Notes: generated by a model from the letters alone, not told the origin. A stretch of 15,933 nt of DNA from Chlamydiota bacterium (GCA_016196885.1 JACPWU010000059.1:1-15933); one strand, 5' to 3'; positions 1-6,333 are shown, numbered from the stretch's first letter. A program made the numbers and translations.

Positions 1-32
1 TGTAACCTCGCTTTGCTCGGACAAAATGGGGA

Positions 33-114
33 GGGGACGTGGTGGAACTGGCAGACACGTAGGTCTCAGAAGCCTATGGGTAAAACCGTGGGGGTTCAAC
101 TCCCCCCGTCCCCA
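33..114 (+). tRNA. tRNA-Leu (anticodon CAG), class II tRNA with long variable arm
   Basis: Hand-folded cloverleaf. Acceptor GGGGACG (33-39) pairs with CGTCCCC (107-113). D arm is GTG/CAC with a GG-containing loop. Anticodon stem is TAGGT/GCCTA; loop CTCAGAA gives anticodon CAG (67-69). Variable arm is 13 nt. T arm is GGGGG-TTCAACT-CCCCC (90-106). Discriminator is A114; CCA is not encoded. Close resemblance to E. coli tRNA-Leu(CAG). Confidence 0.93.
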
Positions 115-186
115 TGAAATGAGTTATAAATTGAAGCAAGATAAAACTAAGCGTAGGCGCCAAGTCCCCCCTCGCCCATTAATACA

Positions 187-214
187 GTTCAAAGTTCAAA
201 GTTTAAGGTTCGAG
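187..214. repeat. Tandem heptamer array (4 units)
   Basis: GTTCAAA GTTCAAA GTTTAAG GTTCGAG read directly as four consecutive 7-nt units in the non-coding tRNA 3' flank. Confidence 0.6.
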
Positions 215-418
215 GATTTTCCCCTCCCGCGCAAACGAAAAGGGGGCACTGAGCAGAAGGTCCAATCTAACTAGCTCCGAACAGGTTATACAGATTGTAG
301 AGATTCCCCAAAATTCTATTGTTTATAAGCAAAAGTCATTGCTAAGGAAGGGAAAGGAACTTTAAAAAAGTAACCCCCCGTTCCCCCCTTAAAATAAGGG
401 GGTAAAGGGAAAAAACAT

Positions 419-539
419 GAGGCCTATGCACTTGACTCAAGTGTCGTCCATATGTAGTCGCCCCATTTATGGGGCCATGTATGGACTGCCCGATAAATCG
501 GGCGACTACGTTTGACGGTTGAGTCAAGTGCATAGGCCT
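419..539. mobile_element. MITE-like non-autonomous element (about 121 bp) with terminal inverted repeats and target-site duplication
   Basis: Perfect 21-bp terminal inverted repeats: AGGCCTATGCACTTGACTCAA (420-440) and TTGAGTCAAGTGCATAGGCCT (519-539). The 9-bp direct repeat AAAAAACAT lies on both flanks (410-418 and 540-548). No credible coding capacity. The interior carries the GTAG-headed double hairpin. Confidence 0.6.
454..509. repeat. REPIN-like doublet of GTAG-headed hairpins (copy 1)
   Basis: GTAGTCGCCCCATTTATGGGGC (454-475), then a 12-nt spacer, then GCCCGATAAATCGGGCGACTAC (488-509). These are two hairpins in inverted orientation, each starting with GTAG on its own strand. The same unit occurs in opposite orientation at 6366-6410. 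Confidence 0.7.
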
Positions 540-829
540 AAAAAACATTTACTACCGCGGTCGGCTTTGCACTGCCACCGGCAGTGCAGCCTCCCTTGCT
601 GGGCGAGGGGGGTTATGAGGTTGACCGTATTCTCCTCGAAAGGACATATGCATTGGACGCCATTCCTTACACTCCTACCCAGGTCAAGAATCGTCCCAAG
701 ATAGGAGATCCATTTGTGAAAAAATTCTGGAACAAGGAAAAATTTTGTACGATGCAAAGCCCAAGAAAAATCTCTTTGATCGAAGAGTGGCTAAGAAGAC
801 GAGAAGATGATGCGCTTAAGGATAATCCC

Positions 830-1549
830 ATGCCCAAAGCCATTGTCATTGGCGCCAGTTCTGGAATCGGGAGGGCACTTTCCAAACATCTTTCCCAAAA
901 GGGATATACGGTGGGTATCACCGCCCGAAGAATGGAACTTTTAGAGGGGCTTCAAAAAGAGTTACCGAACCCCTCGTTTATCCAACCAATGGACGTAACC
1001 CAGATTGAAGAATCGGCTCGCCTGCTCGAGAAATTGATTCAAGAAATGGGAGGCGTTGACCTCATTATTCTTAATGCAGGAATAGGAATCTCAAGCCTTG
1101 ATCTTCTTTGGGAAAATGAAAAGAAAACCATCGAAACCAATGTGCTGGGTTTTGCGGCTCTTGCCAATGTCGCCTTTGAATTTTTCAGAAAACAAAGAAG
1201 CGGGCATCTGGTTTGCATTTCCTCGATCGCCGCTCTTCGAGGCAGTGGGCCTGCCCCTGCTTACAGCGCTTCAAAAGCCTTTGAATCCAATTATCTTGAA
1301 GGCTTACGTATGAAAGCCTTTAACCTTAAAAGAGACATTTTTTTCACAGACATTCAACCTGGTTTTGTAGACACAGACATGGTTAAAAATGACAAGGCCT
1401 TCTGGATTGCTCCCTGTGACAAAGCAGCCAGACAAATTTACCATGCGATTGAACGCAAAAAGAAACACGCCTACATCACAAAAAGATGGCGCCTCATGGC
1501 TTGGCTGATGAAAATCGTGCCTTCTGGAATCTGGAAAAGGGTTCGATGA
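830..1549 (+). CDS. Short-chain dehydrogenase/reductase (classical SDR) family oxidoreductase
   Basis: Cofactor motif IGASSGIGRA, NAG motif (LNAGIG) and catalytic YSASK. ATG at 830 follows AAGGA (818-822) with a 7-nt spacer and gives a typical ~239-aa SDR. Alternative upstream starts are 752 (ATG) or 584, but they add non-SDR sequence running toward the MITE. Stop codon is TGA. Confidence 0.85.
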   Translation: MPKAIVIGASSGIGRALSKHLSQKGYTVGITARRMELLEGLQKELPNPSFIQPMDVTQIEESARLLEKLIQEMGGVDLIILNAGIGISSLDLLWENEKKTIETNVLGFAALANVAFEFFRKQRSGHLVCISSIAALRGSGPAPAYSASKAFESNYLEGLRMKAFNLKRDIFFTDIQPGFVDTDMVKNDKAFWIAPCDKAARQIYHAIERKKKHAYITKRWRLMAWLMKIVPSGIWKRVR

Positions 1550-1587
1550 AAATGGAGGTTTGTCATCCTGATTGAGCAAAGCGAAGT

Positions 1588-1974
1588 CTAATGGTCTCTC
1601 AAAATAATCTTTGGAATCCGACTTTCATCAATAGAAATACCTGACTTTTCTTTCAACTCCAAATAAGGCTCGAAAAATTTTTTCACATCCCTTTCAAATT
1701 TTCTCACCTCTAGCCCCATAAAAATGTCCGGAACCTTGGCCAATTTTTCCAAACCCAATTGAAAAAGAGATGTGGCCCCCCAAAGATTTTTATTCTCCAG
1801 ATGATAAATCGCTACCGCCTCCTGAATCAGCCCTTGGTAAAAAACTTCTGGAATGCCCGTGGCCTCTAACCACAGACTTTCGAGAAGTTCATGACATTCA
1901 AAATATTTTCCTTCATTGAAGCATTGAATTCCATCCAGATAGACTTGAGGATAATTTCGCATTGGATCTAGCAT
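1588..1974 (-). CDS. DUF309 domain-containing protein
   Basis: Signature G-x2-xFN-x-G-x-Y/F-x-E-x-HE-x-xE-x-xW (GIQCFNEGKYFECHELLESLW), followed by QGLIQEAVAIYH, which is typical of DUF309. ATG start, TAG stop. Confidence 0.75.
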   Translation of the reverse strand: MLDPMRNYPQVYLDGIQCFNEGKYFECHELLESLWLEATGIPEVFYQGLIQEAVAIYHLENKNLWGATSLFQLGLEKLAKVPDIFMGLEVRKFERDVKKFFEPYLELKEKSGISIDESRIPKIILRDH

Positions 1975-2020
1975 GAGCTTATTTTACCTAAAAATCATTT
2001 ATTAATTCCGAGATTCACAT

Positions 2021-2091
2021 TAAAAAATAAATCCCGGCACAACATTTTGCGCTTCCGCGTTCTCTCGTCGCTAAAATGCTTGCCGGGATTT
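2021..2091 (-). terminator. Putative rho-independent terminator after the Tyr/Gly/His-rich protein gene
   Basis: On the minus strand AAATCCCGGCA (comp. 2081-2091) pairs with TGCCGGGATTT (comp. 2029-2039). An inner extension pairs CATTTT(A)GCG with CGCAAAATG. The hairpin is followed immediately by ATTTTTTA (comp. 2021-2028). Confidence 0.5.
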
Positions 2092-2112
2092 TCTCCGCCC
2101 TACTTTATATCT

Positions 2113-2418
2113 CTAGAGATCCCCGTAATGCGTCCCGCCGTGCCACCCATGCCCAGGATCATAATGGTAGCCGTGATGCGTCCCATGCACATAAGGATTG
2201 GCATAACCAGAAGTATGGTAACCTGCACCTTCTTCATAGGAACCCCAATAATCCGCGTAAGGACTGTATCCATAAGTATGCGTCCCTGGCGCCCCATGAG
2301 GATAGCCATAATAGCCATCATAATATCCATAATCGTACCAATGATCATCATGCGCTTGGGCACCCGTCCCACCCACCAGCAAGGCCAAAAGTCCTAATAG
2401 ACAGAACACCTTTTTCAT
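2113..2418 (-). CDS. Small secreted Tyr/Gly/His-rich low-complexity protein (101 aa, signal peptide)
   Basis: ATG is preceded by GGGAGG (strong SD). N-terminal signal peptide MKKVFCLLGLLALLVGGTGAQA has an AQA-H cleavage motif. By my count the 79-aa mature part has 18 Tyr, 17 Gly and 12 His, with no Lys/Arg/Cys. A terminator lies downstream and a candidate promoter upstream. Confidence 0.75.
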   Translation of the reverse strand: MKKVFCLLGLLALLVGGTGAQAHDDHWYDYGYYDGYYGYPHGAPGTHTYGYSPYADYWGSYEEGAGYHTSGYANPYVHGTHHGYHYDPGHGWHGGTHYGDL

Positions 2419-2444
2419 AGGATTTACCTCCCGCTTCTATTCCC

Positions 2445-2472
2445 ATTTTAATACAAGCAACATCCGTACCAA
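2445..2472 (-). promoter_or_regulatory. Candidate sigma70-type promoter for the Tyr/Gly/His-rich protein gene
   Basis: Minus strand reads TTGGTA (comp. 2467-2472), 16-nt spacer, TAAAAT (comp. 2445-2450), about 27 nt upstream of the start codon. Confidence 0.3.
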
Positions 2473-2532
2473 AGATTTTAATCTCAATTCTCTTCTCTAA
2501 TGATATCAAAAATGACTCAAAACAGAGCAAAT

Positions 2533-3405
2533 TCATGCCCAACAGCAACAAATGGGACGAAGCATGCAGGGTTCACATTTGTCCAAATCTGGACGGCTGG
2601 GACAATCCCCGGAAATCCCCAAATGACAAAGAGCAAAGTCATATTTGATAGGGTCCCTAGAATCGAGCCGCTTCAGATTCTGAGTGATTTCACAACTTAC
2701 TTTCCAAGCATAAGTTATAGAAGAAGAAAGACCGAGATAGCGACTGATCCTCGCAACATGCGTATCTAGGGGAATGATTAAATCCGAAGGACTGACCTCC
2801 CGCCAAAGTCCAAGATCTATGGTGTCAGGTCCCCGTACCATCCATCTCAAGAAAAGATTCAAGCGCTTACAGGTACTTCCATCTTTAGGATTTGGGAGAA
2901 AAAAACGCACGGGTGAATCCTGAGGTAGGAGACCCGAAGGATAAAACGGACTGACCTCTTGATTCAAAAAACCATCCACAAAGAGAGAAAGGGCTCTTTC
3001 CATATTTGGAGCAGCCTAAGAATAAAATTTTAAAAAGAATTTTTCTAACGAGTGATACTTTTTCAAAACCTGACTTACGAGATAAATCAGGCAGGCGATA
3101 TGTCGCCCCCGATGAAAGCGATAAACCAAATGATGGAAAAGTTTTCGATCCCTCTTCGGATCAAATTCCAAAATAAATTGATACGGGGAAGGCCCTAGAA
3201 TTTCAAACACACGGTTCAGGAATTCTAAAATTTTTTCGACGTGGCCATAAGCCAAACTCGAAGATAAAAAGGCCACCACCTCTTGGTCGCAAGCTGGAGA
3301 GTAACGATGCATGAAAAGGGCAGGATCGCTAGAAAGGTGTTGGGTGTAATTAAAACCCTCTAAAAATGTATCTAGATACTTTTTGATTTCAAGATGGGGT
3401 TTCAT
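2533..3405 (-). pseudogene. TIGR02757/DUF2400 family protein interrupted by a single in-frame TAG
   Basis: ORFs 3016-3405 and 2533-3003 are in the same frame, separated only by TAG (comp. 3016-3018) plus 4 codons. Together they give ~290 aa with family-like blocks (SSSLAYG, CKRLNLFLRWMVR, PLDTHV, DPIKYDF) and a C-terminal Cys cluster C-x8-C-x2-C-x5-C. There is no SD ahead of the second ATG. Confidence 0.7.
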
Positions 3406-3450
3406 AAAAGTGCTTTAAGTGCTTAAGTTGCTAAGGAGGGATTTTTTTAC

Positions 3451-4452
3451 TTAAGCACTTAGCAATTCCGCAATTTGAACTGCGTTGAGCGCAGCTCCCT
3501 TGAGAAGTTGATCGGCCACCACCCACATCGCAATGCCATTGGGAAAGGCAATGTCTTCTCGAATGCGGCCGACAAACACATCGTATTTTCCAGCCGTGTA
3601 AATCGCCAGAGGATAAAGATTTTGCTGAGGATCGTCTTGAACCTTGACACCCGGGGCTTTTGACAAAATATCTTTCACCTGTGAAGCCGTTAATTTCTTT
3701 TCAAGTTCAATATGGAGAGCTTCGGAATGTGCCCGAAAAACAGGGACTCTCACGCAGGTGGCCGACACTTGAATTTTGTCATCGTGCATAATTTTATGGG
3801 TCTCATGTACCATTTTCATTTCTTCCTGGGTGTAACCCGTATCATAAAAAACATCTACATGAGGGATCACATTAAAGGCGATTGGGTGAGGATAAACCTT
3901 GTGTGTGATTTTTTTCCCTCCCACCCATTCCTTCACCTGTCTTTCCAATTCTTGAATCGCCTTCATCCCCGTTCCAGAAACGGCCTGATAAGTTACGACA
4001 ATCACACGTTTGATTCTAGAGACTTGATGAATGGGGTTTATTGCCACGACCATTTGAATAGTTGAACAATTAGGATTGGCGATAATGCCTTGATGAAGCT
4101 TAATATCTTGAGGATTAATTTCAGGAACCACCAAGGGGACATTTGCATCCATGCGAAAGGCACTGGAATTATCTACCACCACGGCCCCACTTTTCACGGC
4201 ATGAGGAGCAAACTCAACACTTCGGCCCGCTCCCGCGCTAAAAAGAGCTATTTCTATTCCCTTAAAGGAAGAACTTTTGAGTTCTTCGACGGGCAATGAT
4301 TCGCCACAAAAAGACATTTTTTTTCCGCTGGAGCGAGCAGATGCAAAAAGCTTCAGTTCTTTCACCGGAAATTTCCGGGCCTCAAGAACCTTGATCATTT
4401 CATGGCCGACGGCGCCAGTAGCACCGACGACTGCAACGTTGTAACCCTTCAT
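3451..4452 (-). CDS. asd: Aspartate-semialdehyde dehydrogenase
   Basis: N-terminal VAVVGATGAVG Rossmann motif, active-site block NPNCSTIQ, and length 333 aa. AAGGAG lies 10 nt upstream of the ATG. Stop codon is TAA. Confidence 0.95.
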   Translation of the reverse strand: MKGYNVAVVGATGAVGHEMIKVLEARKFPVKELKLFASARSSGKKMSFCGESLPVEELKSSSFKGIEIALFSAGAGRSVEFAPHAVKSGAVVVDNSSAFRMDANVPLVVPEINPQDIKLHQGIIANPNCSTIQMVVAINPIHQVSRIKRVIVVTYQAVSGTGMKAIQELERQVKEWVGGKKITHKVYPHPIAFNVIPHVDVFYDTGYTQEEMKMVHETHKIMHDDKIQVSATCVRVPVFRAHSEALHIELEKKLTASQVKDILSKAPGVKVQDDPQQNLYPLAIYTAGKYDVFVGRIREDIAFPNGIAMWVVADQLLKGAALNAVQIAELLSA

Positions 4453-4467
4453 TTCTACAATCTCCTT

Positions 4468-4548
4468 AAAATAGAATACAGAATTCAGAAGTCCGAATTC
4501 AGAATAAATAATGTACCTTATTCATTCTGACTCCTGGATTCTGAATTC
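4468..4548. repeat. AT-rich palindromic intergenic repeat, copy A (inverted relative to copy B)
   Basis: Imperfect long hairpin built of GAATTCAGAA-type units around the core CAGAATAAATAATGTACCTTATTC (4500-4523). The reverse complement of that core is identical over 24 nt to 5695-5718. Confidence 0.75.
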
Positions 4549-4553
4549 TTTAT

Positions 4554-5609
4554 TTAAACCACCTGCTCTGCCACCAGGTCTCCCACCTGTGTCGTCGTAT
4601 ATCCCATTTGACCCGCAGATAAAGATTTTAATTTTTCTTTCGTCACTTTCATGACAGCTTGCTCTATTTTTTGAGCCACTTCTTTTTCATCCAAAATATC
4701 CAGCATCATCCCGCCTGCACAAATCGCAGCCAAGGGATTGATTTTATTCTGACCTGTGTACTTCGGAGCAGAACCCCCAATCGGCTCAAACATGGAAACA
4801 CCTTTGGGATGGATGTTGCCGCCTGCAGCGATTCCCATTCCACCTTGAATCATAGCGCCCAAATCCGTAATAATATCGCCAAACATGTTGTCCGTCACAA
4901 TCACATCAAACCACTCCGGATTTTTCACCATCCACATGCAGGTTGCATCCACATGAGCGTAATCTGTCTTCACATCCGGATACTCTTTGGCTACCTCATG
5001 AAAAGTTCTTTCCCAAAGATCAAAGGCAAAAGTGAGCACATTGGTTTTTCCGCAGAGCGTCAATTTTTTCTGACGATTTCGCGTGCGGGTATATTCAAAT
5101 GCATACCGGAGACATCGTTCCACACCTTTTCGAGAATTAATAGACTCTTGAATGGCGACTTCATCCGCTGTTCCCTTTTTAAGAAAACCTCCTGCTCCGC
5201 AATAAAGGCCTTCCGTATTTTCACGGACCACCACAAAATCAATATGCTCAGGACCTTTGTTTTTTAAAGGAGTATCCACGCCTGGATAAAGTTTGACCGG
5301 CCGCAAATTGATATATTGATCCAAAGAAAAACGCAATTTCAGAAGAACACCTTTTTCCAGAATACCCGGCTTTACGTCTGGATGACCTATTGCTCCCAAA
5401 TAAATCGCGTCAAATTTTCTTAATTCTTGAATAGCCGAATCCGGCAAAGTCTCTCCCGTCTTTTGATAATGCTCTCCCCCAAAAGGAAAATGCGTCAAGG
5501 CCAGCTTAAATTTGCCAATGGATGCCGCATCCAAAACCTTCAAGCCTTCTCGAATCACTTCCGGCCCCGTCCCATCCCCCGCAATCACAGCAATATTGTA
5601 TATTTTCAT
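4554..5609 (-). CDS. leuB: Isocitrate/isopropylmalate dehydrogenase family enzyme: 3-isopropylmalate dehydrogenase or tartrate/D-malate dehydrogenase-like
   Basis: [11 protein letters not shown]-terminus, [10 protein letters not shown], and [11 protein letters not shown] ... [13 protein letters not shown] blocks. The overall block order resembles the E. coli DmlA/TtuC clade as much as classical LeuB. Length 351 aa. GGGGGA lies upstream of the ATG. Confidence 0.8.
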   Translation of the reverse strand: MKIYNIAVIAGDGTGPEVIREGLKVLDAASIGKFKLALTHFPFGGEHYQKTGETLPDSAIQELRKFDAIYLGAIGHPDVKPGILEKGVLLKLRFSLDQYINLRPVKLYPGVDTPLKNKGPEHIDFVVVRENTEGLYCGAGGFLKKGTADEVAIQESINSRKGVERCLRYAFEYTRTRNRQKKLTLCGKTNVLTFAFDLWERTFHEVAKEYPDVKTDYAHVDATCMWMVKNPEWFDVIVTDNMFGDIITDLGAMIQGGMGIAAGGNIHPKGVSMFEPIGGSAPKYTGQNKINPLAAICAGGMMLDILDEKEVAQKIEQAVMKVTKEKLKSLSAGQMGYTTTQVGDLVAEQVV

Positions 5610-5637
5610 GTCTCTATCCCCCTAAAAAGTGTTGTGG

Positions 5638-5666
5638 ATTATACAGGGTCTCTTTGCAACGGACAA
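5638..5666 (-). promoter_or_regulatory. Candidate sigma70 promoter of leuB
   Basis: Minus strand reads TTGTCC (comp. 5661-5666), 17-nt spacer, then consensus TATAAT (comp. 5638-5643), 28 nt upstream of the leuB ATG. Confidence 0.4.
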
Positions 5667-5668
5667 CT

Positions 5669-5766
5669 AGAATCCAGAAGTTAGAATTCAGAACGAATAA
5701 GGTACATTATTTATTCTGGATTCTGAATTCTGAATTCTGTATTCTGTATTCTGTATTCTAGATTTT
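5669..5766. repeat. AT-rich palindromic intergenic repeat, copy B, with a 7-unit ATTCTGN heptamer array
   Basis: Core GAATAAGGTACATTATTTATTCTG (5695-5718) is the exact reverse complement of 4500-4523. Flanks are about 80 percent similar, with indels. The tandem units ATTCTGG ATTCTGA ATTCTGA ATTCTGT ATTCTGT ATTCTGT ATTCTAG span 5713-5761. Confidence 0.75.
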
Positions 5767-5771
5767 AAACT

Positions 5772-6305
5772 ATGACCGAAACAACCCTTTCTGAAAAAAA
5801 GATTTACAAAGGCCGCATTCTGGACCTCGTTGTGAAGACGGTTCGCATGCCGAATGGAAATATTGCGACCCGGGAAATGGTGACTCATGGAGGCGTGATC
5901 GCTGTCATTCCTTTTCTTGAAGATGGTCGTATGGTGATGGTAAAACAATTCAGAAAGACGGCTGAAAAAGTCACACTCGAAATTCCTGCCGGCCGAATGG
6001 ACCCAGGAGAAACACCCCTACAAGCCACAAGACGCGAGTTAAAAGAAGAGACTGGATACGTTGCAAAGAAAATAAAAAAATACATCACTTTTTATCCAGC
6101 CATCGGCTACAGCAATGAAGAGATTCATCTGTTCACGGCTTCAGCCCTCGCACCAGGAGAGACAGATCCAGACGAAGATGAGCTGATAGAAGTGGTGAGA
6201 CTTTCTTTACGCCAAGCCCTCAAGAAAATAGACCAAGGCGAGATCATCGACAGCAAAAGCATCCTGGGCCTCTTGTATGTTGCACAACATCGCATCTCAT
6301 CGTAA
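5772..6305 (+). CDS. Nudix hydrolase, ADP-ribose pyrophosphatase-like
   Basis: Nudix box GRMDPGETPLQATRRELKEETGY (G-x5-E-x7-REUxEExGU). Length 177 aa and an N-terminal region typical of NudF-type enzymes. No SD upstream of the ATG. Confidence 0.88.
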   Translation: MTETTLSEKKIYKGRILDLVVKTVRMPNGNIATREMVTHGGVIAVIPFLEDGRMVMVKQFRKTAEKVTLEIPAGRMDPGETPLQATRRELKEETGYVAKKIKKYITFYPAIGYSNEEIHLFTASALAPGETDPDEDELIEVVRLSLRQALKKIDQGEIIDSKSILGLLYVAQHRISS

Positions 6306-6333
6306 TTCCAATGATCCTTCGAGATCATCATGT

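Noticed and set aside
26-274. 82-aa ORF on the + strand
   Set aside because: It reads straight through the tRNA-Leu gene and the C-rich repeats. It has no SD and low-complexity Arg/Gly/Pro content, so it is an ORF-caller artefact.
342-757. ORFs 342-548 (-), 519-704 (+) and 524-757 (-)
   Set aside because: They translate the MITE-like element and its palindromic arms. Mirror-image peptides such as VVARFIGQ arise from the hairpins. There are no SD sequences.
584-829. N-terminal 82-aa extension of the SDR ORF
   Set aside because: SDRs start a few residues before the GxxxGIG motif. The extension has no SDR similarity, whereas ATG 830 has a well-spaced AAGGA.
8-1584. 11-nt inverted match TCGCTTTGCTC (8-18) versus GAGCAAAGCGA (1574-1584)
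   Set aside because: Rough expectation for 11-mer matches between all position pairs in a 16-kb window, counting both strands, is dozens. There is no extended similarity around it.
2047-2420. Three overlapping ORFs (2047-2397 +, 2076-2420 +, 2100-2372 -) at the Tyr/Gly/His-rich locus
   Set aside because: They are shadow frames of a low-complexity repeat-rich gene. Only the 2113-2418 (-) frame has a strong SD, a signal peptide, and promoter and terminator signals.
3418-3460. Possible CIRCE (HrcA) operator because of TTAAGCACTT / AAGTGCTTAA half-sites
   Set aside because: CIRCE is TTAGCACTC-N9-GAGTGCTAA. Here the half-sites have an extra base, the opposite (everted) arrangement and a 19-nt spacer, and the site is nowhere near grpE.
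3475-5267. Antisense ORFs inside asd and leuB (3475-3663, 3712-4065, 4090-4299, 4659-5267 on +)
   Set aside because: They lie entirely within well-supported conserved genes on the other strand, and I recognised no motifs in them.
5669-5766. CRISPR array or CRISPR-like repeats
   Set aside because: The units are 7 nt head-to-tail with no spacers. No 24-40-nt repeat/spacer periodicity exists anywhere in the window.
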